A DNA stretch of 42,327 nt. Origin: Candidatus Pacebacteria bacterium CG_4_10_14_0_8_um_filter_42_14 (lineage in GTDB: Bacteria; Patescibacteriota; Microgenomatia; UBA1400; PJMF01). The notes beneath the pieces are model-generated. The model was not told the DNA's origin and searched no databases. It worked only from the letters and a program-made list of their open reading frames with translations. The stretch is from NCBI GenBank assembly GCA_002784625.1, contig PFLP01000053.1, forward strand, positions 1 through 42,327. Reading direction: 5' to 3'. The position numbers and the translations under genes are program-made. Shown one piece after another: positions 37,353 through 42,327 of the stretch (position 1 is its first letter; each line of letters starts with the position of its first letter).

Positions 37353-38576
37353 ATGGGCTATACAAAACAGGCAGTGCATGGATTCGGTTGGCAGACTTTT
37401 TTAAAGATTGGATCAGCTGGTCTGGTACTTGGAAAAATAGCTGTTCTATCAAGACTATTAACTCCTGAAGACTTTGGAATTTTCGCGATAATTGCTATTG
37501 CTTTGGGGCTTGTAGAGGCCAGTACGCAGACCGGAATTAATACAACGATTTTGCAATCAAATCGTAGTATTAGTTACTTTATCGACACTGCCTGGGTTAT
37601 AGCAATTGTTAGAGGTCTAATTATTGCCATAATTATGAGTATTCTTGGGTTCGGTTTAAGCATTTATTATGACAAAGAAAACTTACGCTTTCTGATAGCG
37701 TTGGCTGCATTAGTGCCCATAGCCAAAGGCTTCATTAATCCCAGCATAATTTTATTTCAAAAAGAGTTTCGGTTTTTGCATGAAGCTTTGTTCAGACTTA
37801 GTTTGCTTTTCGTCGAGATTTTAGTTGCGATCGTCGTTGCTTTTTTCTTTCACTCTGTCTTGGCACTTGTAGTGGCAATAATTGCCAGTGCGATTTTTGA
37901 AGTTTTTCTTTCTTTTAAGATATTTAGCACCAGACCAACCTTCTCGTTTCACACGGGTCGTGCCAAGGAAATTCTTATAAATGCTCGCGGATTGAGTCCA
38001 GCGGCCTTACTAATCTATGTTCTGGATAATGTTGACGACTTAATTATCGGAAAACAACTTGGCGCTTACAGTCTCGGTCTTTATCACAACTCGTATGCCC
38101 TTGGTCACAAACTCAACTACGATATTTCCAAAGCTCTTAACCACTCAACATTCCCTGTCTATACTAAAATTGCCGAGGATAGACTTCGTCTTCGAGATGC
38201 ATTCGCAAAGTCTTCCCTAGCATTTATGGCTTTTGCTGTTTTTATTACATTACCTGCAATACTATTTCCAACTCAGATAGTAGCTATTATTTTGGGCGAT
38301 CAGTGGCAAAACGTCGCCTCCGTCTTACCGTTACTTGCGATCGCTGGCCTGGTTCAGTCTGGAAATAACCTCGTTTATAATTTACTTATGGCGACAAAGA
38401 GATACGTCATCCTTAATGCTCATTTATTTTTTAGCGTACTCACCCTTATTGGTGGCTTACTCTATTTTGTAAATAGAAATGGCTTGATTGGGACTGGCCA
38501 GGCTTTGCTTTTGGCCCGATGTATTACTCTGCCCATTTTAGTATTTGGTTTATATGACATCTTCCGCAAACGATAA
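37353..38576 (+). CDS. Wzx/PST-family polysaccharide flippase
   Basis: LSRLL.PEDFG, D.LIIGK.LG...LGLY, ILG.QW; about 11-12 TM. Confidence 0.88.
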   Translation: MGYTKQAVHGFGWQTFLKIGSAGLVLGKIAVLSRLLTPEDFGIFAIIAIALGLVEASTQTGINTTILQSNRSISYFIDTAWVIAIVRGLIIAIIMSILGFGLSIYYDKENLRFLIALAALVPIAKGFINPSIILFQKEFRFLHEALFRLSLLFVEILVAIVVAFFFHSVLALVVAIIASAIFEVFLSFKIFSTRPTFSFHTGRAKEILINARGLSPAALLIYVLDNVDDLIIGKQLGAYSLGLYHNSYALGHKLNYDISKALNHSTFPVYTKIAEDRLRLRDAFAKSSLAFMAFAVFITLPAILFPTQIVAIILGDQWQNVASVLPLLAIAGLVQSGNNLVYNLLMATKRYVILNAHLFFSVLTLIGGLLYFVNRNGLIGTGQALLLARCITLPILVFGLYDIFRKR

Positions 38577-39264
38577 CCTCCTCACCGCCGTTGTTCTGGT
38601 GCACCAGCACGATGTCAGACTGGCAAAGTGTCTCAAGTCTCTTGAACAGTTCCCCGAAGTACTAAAGATTGAGTTGGAATTTATAATTACAGACTTTGCT
38701 GTTGCCAGAAATAAAGCTCTGACTCAGGTAAAAACTCCATGGACCTTTTTTGTTGACAGTGATGAGATCTTGCCAGATGGAGCATATAAAATTATTGAGA
38801 AGGCTATTTTGAGTAACAAGGCAGAGGCATTCTCTTTACTTCGTAAAGACATTTTTCTTGGCAAAAGACTTGAGTATGCAGAGTGGGGGAATCAAAAAGT
38901 TGTGCGAGTAGTTAGAACAAAGGAAACTACTTTTCAAGGCAAAGTCCATGAGGTTCCGACAGCATATGAAACTCAACAGTTGCTGCCAATCACGATAGAA
39001 CACTACGCTCATCACTCAGTGGGAGAATTTCTAGTTTCAGTTGAGAGATACGCAGCTCTTCGAGCAACAGAAATTCGTTCATCGAAAACAAGGTTGATTG
39101 CAGAGTTAATTATCTATCCTCCTGGAAAGTTCATCTGGAATATGGTTTTTCTTTTAGGATTTCTTGACGGTTGGAGGGGGTTAATTTATGCGACAGTGAT
39201 GAGTTATCATTCTGCCATGGTTCGTATCTTTGCCTTGGGAAATACTTTGCAAGATGAAAAATAA
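38554..39264 (+). CDS. GT2 glycosyltransferase (WaaE/KdtX-like)
   Basis: DFA..RN.A, W.FFVDSDE, VHE, GFLDG..G; ATG 38554 preferred. Confidence 0.85.
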   Translation: MTSSANDNLLTAVVLVHQHDVRLAKCLKSLEQFPEVLKIELEFIITDFAVARNKALTQVKTPWTFFVDSDEILPDGAYKIIEKAILSNKAEAFSLLRKDIFLGKRLEYAEWGNQKVVRVVRTKETTFQGKVHEVPTAYETQQLLPITIEHYAHHSVGEFLVSVERYAALRATEIRSSKTRLIAELIIYPPGKFIWNMVFLLGFLDGWRGLIYATVMSYHSAMVRIFALGNTLQDEK

Positions 39265-40432
39265 GCTTCGAAGAAACAATTGGCTAATCGCAATTACCCT
39301 GCTCGTTTTTGCTCCATTTTCGTTGGGTCAACTTCAGAGAGTAGAGTTTCCATTTGGAGGAGTCTATTTGTTTGAGATCGGTATTGTTTTGTTTCTATTT
39401 TCAATGTTGCCTCGCATAGTTCCAAAATTACTATCAAGATTTCGAAGTTCAAAAATAACAACTAAGTTTCTGATTACTTGGCTAGCTTTATTGACCGTTC
39501 TTGGCTGCTTAAGTTCTGACTCATTAGTTCCTGCTCTCTACATGGCCAGATACCTTTCTTATGGTTTGTTTGCTTTTCTTTTAGTTACTCAGATGCCCAG
39601 ATCTCAATCAAAAAAGTTACCTTCCCTCATTCTTAGCACAGGTTTATTCATGACATTTCTGGGTCTGCTTCAGTATATTTTTCTTCCAGACACTCGCTTT
39701 TTAAGAGCGCTTGGTTGGGACGATCACTACTTTCGAGCCATTGGGACACTCTTAGATCCAAATTACTTTGGTATGCTCATCATTCTCACGCTGAGTTTGG
39801 CTTTTTCGATTCGGGAGAGACTAACTAAACGTCTTTTCTGGTTCTTGTCGACATTTTTGCTAAGTATGTTGGCTCTGACATACTCTAGATCGTCATACTT
39901 ATCTGGTGCTTTTTTTATCATTCTCGCAACTTTTGTTTCCAAAAGTAAAAAATTTGCCTTTTCAATTTCTACAGTCTTGCTTTTCTCAAGTTTAATTTTC
40001 TTGACTGCGCCTAAACCAGGTGGAGAGGGCGTGGATTTACTAAGAACCAGTAGCATTGAAAGTAGAATTTCCCATGAAACAGAGATTAATTCAGACAGCA
40101 CTCTTCAACAGATAATATTTGGCAAAGGTTTGTTTGTACCGAAAATATATTCTAATGATCAAAATTTGGAAATGCCAAACCATGCCAGGCAGCCGAATTC
40201 TATTCTCACCCTTGTCTACAGCGGTTCTGGAATTGTTGGCTTAGTTGTCGCTATTTTTGTTGTTACTAAATTCCTTCGATATCTCTACAAGAAGGACAAA
40301 TATATCACTTTGGGCTTAATCGCTCTACTAATCCATGCCAACTTTAATAACTCAATCTTAGAGCCATTTCTAGCGCTGTTCTGGCTTTTATTAGTAGTCG
40401 TTGTGGAAACTAAAGTTCAAATCGAACGCTGA
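39254..40432 (+). CDS. O-antigen ligase/Wzy_C-like membrane protein
   Basis: LQY, RAIGT.LDPN, LTYSRSS, GIVG, IHA.FNN; ATG 39254 preferred. Confidence 0.82.
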   Translation: MKNKLRRNNWLIAITLLVFAPFSLGQLQRVEFPFGGVYLFEIGIVLFLFSMLPRIVPKLLSRFRSSKITTKFLITWLALLTVLGCLSSDSLVPALYMARYLSYGLFAFLLVTQMPRSQSKKLPSLILSTGLFMTFLGLLQYIFLPDTRFLRALGWDDHYFRAIGTLLDPNYFGMLIILTLSLAFSIRERLTKRLFWFLSTFLLSMLALTYSRSSYLSGAFFIILATFVSKSKKFAFSISTVLLFSSLIFLTAPKPGGEGVDLLRTSSIESRISHETEINSDSTLQQIIFGKGLFVPKIYSNDQNLEMPNHARQPNSILTLVYSGSGIVGLVVAIFVVTKFLRYLYKKDKYITLGLIALLIHANFNNSILEPFLALFWLLLVVVVETKVQIER

Positions 40433-41135
40433 GTTTCTTTTCGATAGAATTTCCCGCGGCATCGGCGGCCACGATTGTTAATTCGTTATCTCCTTCATTA
40501 AGAAATTGTGAGTGAGAGAAACTGCCGTCTTCTTTAGCATAAGTGAGTTTGCCATTTATGGTGATCTTGACTCCTGGATCAGTCATTCCTGTGATGGCCA
40601 AAGTTTGATTCGACCTGCCTTGGATCGTGGTGCTGGATTCGGGAGAGCTAATTTCTAGGGGAGGAATCTCAGTATCAAGAATTATGCCATAGGCTCTACT
40701 CTGTTGGGATTCATTGCCAGCTTTATCCCTAGCAAAGGTAGTTATATTATTATCGCCTTCAGTTAGTATCACTGCAGTCTCGAAGGAGCCATCTGAACCA
40801 GCAGTTACAGCCTCAGATTCTTGGCCATTAACGATGACAATGACATCGCTCTCAGGTTCAGCGTAACCAAAAAGCGTTAGCTGAGCATCAGTTGTAGCCT
40901 TGGGCGGAGCGGTGAAAGTTGGCGTATATGGTGGCAAAGTATCAGCGGGGGCGAATGGAGTAGCATTGTTGCCAAGAATTGTCGCGGTGATGCCAATAAA
41001 GTTTGGCAAAATTACAAAAACAAAAAGACCGAGAACGACGACTGAAAAGAAAACGAAAAACCAAGTTTGGCGCACGACCTTAGTCTTCTCGTGCTTGAGC
41101 AAACGTGATGAAATGCGACGCGATGGTTTAGGCAT
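40410..41135 (-). CDS. Membrane-anchored protein with two bacterial Ig-like repeats
   Basis: N-terminal TM; two DG.F...L.EGDN.....A.D.AGN repeats with DT.PP linkers. Confidence 0.8.
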   Translation of the reverse strand: MPKPSRRISSRLLKHEKTKVVRQTWFFVFFSVVVLGLFVFVILPNFIGITATILGNNATPFAPADTLPPYTPTFTAPPKATTDAQLTLFGYAEPESDVIVIVNGQESEAVTAGSDGSFETAVILTEGDNNITTFARDKAGNESQQSRAYGIILDTEIPPLEISSPESSTTIQGRSNQTLAITGMTDPGVKITINGKLTYAKEDGSFSHSQFLNEGDNELTIVAADAAGNSIEKKLSVRFEL

Positions 41136-41142
41136 ACTCTAG

Positions 41143-41151
41143 AGTATAACA
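41143..41151 (-). promoter_or_regulatory. Extended -10 TGTTATACT (minus strand), 7 nt before ATG 41135
   Basis: Minus strand reads TGTTATACT-CTAGAGT-ATG. Confidence 0.65.
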
Positions 41152-41156
41152 CTATG

Positions 41157-41229
41157 AGCCGAGAAGGGGATTCGAACCCCTGACCTACGGTTTACGATAC
41201 CGCCGCTCTACCAACTGAGCTATCTCGGC
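41157..41229 (-). tRNA. tRNA-Thr(CGT)
   Basis: GCCGAGA acceptor stem, D arm AGCTCAGTTGGTAGAGC, anticodon arm GCGGT-ATCGTAA-ACCGT, T loop GTTCGAATC; CCA not encoded. Confidence 0.93.
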
Positions 41230-41242
41230 TTGAGGTAGAGAA

Positions 41243-41251
41243 ATTGTATCA
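41243..41251 (-). promoter_or_regulatory. Extended -10 TGATACAAT of the tRNA-Thr gene
   Basis: TGn+TACAAT, 13 nt upstream of the mature tRNA 5' end. Confidence 0.6.
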
Positions 41252-41296
41252 CGCAGAGGTAGATCATCAGCTTGCAATGCCGTACAATCACTTCCT

Positions 41297-41959
41297 ATGT
41301 TAAATCTAAAATACCTTATAGATCTCTTTATTCATCTCGACGTGCACTTGGCTAGCTTGATTAATATTCTTGGTAGCTGGTCTTACGTCATGCTTTTCCT
41401 AATCATTTTCGCGGAGACTGGGCTCGTAGTCACTCCTTTTCTCCCAGGAGATTCACTTCTTTTTGCTGCAGGGGCTTTGGCTGGAGGCGGTTACCTAAAT
41501 GTCATGATTATCTATTTCTTAATGCTTGCTGCCGCCATCTTAGGTGATTCTGCAAATTATTGGATTGGACAAAAATTTGGTAGAAAATTATTTAGTAATA
41601 AAGAATCAAAAATCTTTAAACAAGAATACCTAAAACAAACTGAAGAGTTCTATGAAAAATATGGATCGAAAGCGATAATTATCGCTCGTTTTGTGCCAAT
41701 CGTGAGAACTTTTGCTCCATTCGTAGCTGGTATTGGCAACATGCACTATGATCGATTCATCTCATACAATGTGATTGGTGGTTTCATTTGGGTGACTGCC
41801 CTAGTGTTTGCAGGATACTTCTTCGGAGGTCTGGAAATAGTTCAGAAGAACTTTGAGATTGTAGTTCTAGCAATTATTTTTCTCTCTGTACTTCCAGCTA
41901 TTTTTGAGTATGCCAAACATCATGTGGCGAAGAATAAAGCCAAAACTCTGGCTGAATAA
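41297..41959 (+). CDS. dedA: DedA family membrane protein
   Basis: FAETG....PFLPGDSLLF, GD..NY.IG, ARFVPIVRTFAPFVAG. Confidence 0.93.
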   Translation: MLNLKYLIDLFIHLDVHLASLINILGSWSYVMLFLIIFAETGLVVTPFLPGDSLLFAAGALAGGGYLNVMIIYFLMLAAAILGDSANYWIGQKFGRKLFSNKESKIFKQEYLKQTEEFYEKYGSKAIIIARFVPIVRTFAPFVAGIGNMHYDRFISYNVIGGFIWVTALVFAGYFFGGLEIVQKNFEIVVLAIIFLSVLPAIFEYAKHHVAKNKAKTLAE

Positions 41960-41987
41960 ATTCTTGAGAGGGCGACAGCTAATAACA

Positions 41988-42215
41988 TCAACGTGATTCT
42001 GCACATTCAGGACAAATTGTATGGGAATTACTGATTGTTGCCCCAATCTTCACAGCTTCCGTTTCTGGCATCCACCTTGGAGAACTCTGAACTCCTCCCC
42101 AAGTTTCTGTACAATACTTTCCAGTGTGACCTGGGAAATGTTTACCTTTTGAACCAGAGCAAGGCTTCCATTCGTTATATCTAATTTGGTCAACTTTTTG
42201 GAGAGTTTCATTCAT
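41988..42215 (-). CDS. Small hypothetical protein with Cys/His cluster
   Basis: 75 aa, ends SHTICPEC, two further Cys; no overlap with other genes. Confidence 0.5.
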   Translation of the reverse strand: MNETLQKVDQIRYNEWKPCSGSKGKHFPGHTGKYCTETWGGVQSSPRWMPETEAVKIGATISNSHTICPECAESR

Positions 42216-42260
42216 ATTAAATTTTAATTTTAGATGTCAGAGTTTTGTTGTATTTTACTG

Positions 42261-42292
42261 AGGAAACCGTTCCAAAACGGTCACCTTTTTTT
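42261..42292 (+). terminator. Hairpin followed by T tract (possible intrinsic terminator)
   Basis: ACCGTT-CCAA-AACGGT stem extended by AGG/CCT, followed by a run of T. Confidence 0.4.
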
Positions 42293-42327
42293 GTTCATTA
42301 AGCTTGAATGATACTTCTAATTTGCCC

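Noticed and set aside
41157-41229. tRNA as the attachment site of a genomic island
   Set aside because: No duplicated tRNA 3' end or integrase within the window; flanking genes look like core envelope genes
42216-42327. Possible c-di-GMP riboswitch (GGCAAA on the minus strand at the window end)
   Set aside because: The GAAA tetraloop arm and second conserved segment are not visible; sequence is cut by the window edge
1-42327. Alternative genetic code (TGA=Gly), CRISPR arrays, integrase/transposase, introns
   Set aside because: TGA terminates many full-length genes; no repeat-spacer array, recombinase motifs or interrupted genes were seen

Overview
A gene-dense, almost entirely + strand window of chromosomal core genes (genetic code 11). 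It is most consistent with a Patescibacteria/CPR organism, probably Microgenomates; this is inferred from gene content and motif variants, not from a search. In order: (1) a surface-glycan locus (WaaL/Wzy-like protein, GT-C transferase, three GT4, one GT2, ManC, monotopic phosphoglycosyl transferase, DUF4012-like protein); (2) recO, homodimeric glyQS and a secreted hypothetical; (3) a rearranged dcw cluster mraZ-rsmH-ftsL-ftsI-murE-yvcK-murC-murB-murA-mraY-ftsW-murG-ftsQ-ftsA-ftsZ with no murD, murF or ddl; (4) ileS (type 2), rodA, rplU, a Trm11-like methyltransferase, rpmA and an orphan parB; (5) lepB, a Wzx flippase, GT2, a second WaaL-like gene, an Ig-repeat protein, tRNA-Thr(CGT), dedA and a small Cys/His protein. 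No mobile element, CRISPR array or rRNA is visible. Best leads: (a) most genes either overlap the upstream stop or have a -10 box 6-10 nt before ATG with no Shine-Dalgarno, suggesting leaderless mRNAs even inside the dcw cluster; (b) a non-canonical peptidoglycan module (embedded YvcK/GlmR, missing MurD/MurF/Ddl, MurE EDPR, MraY lacking HHH, MurA Cys->Asp); (c) a Trm11-like methyltransferase in the Prp slot between rplU and a divergent rpmA; (d) an IleRS editing domain with both Ile-excluding residues replaced; (e) 10-bp-phased non-GTGGG boxes over the mraZ promoter.
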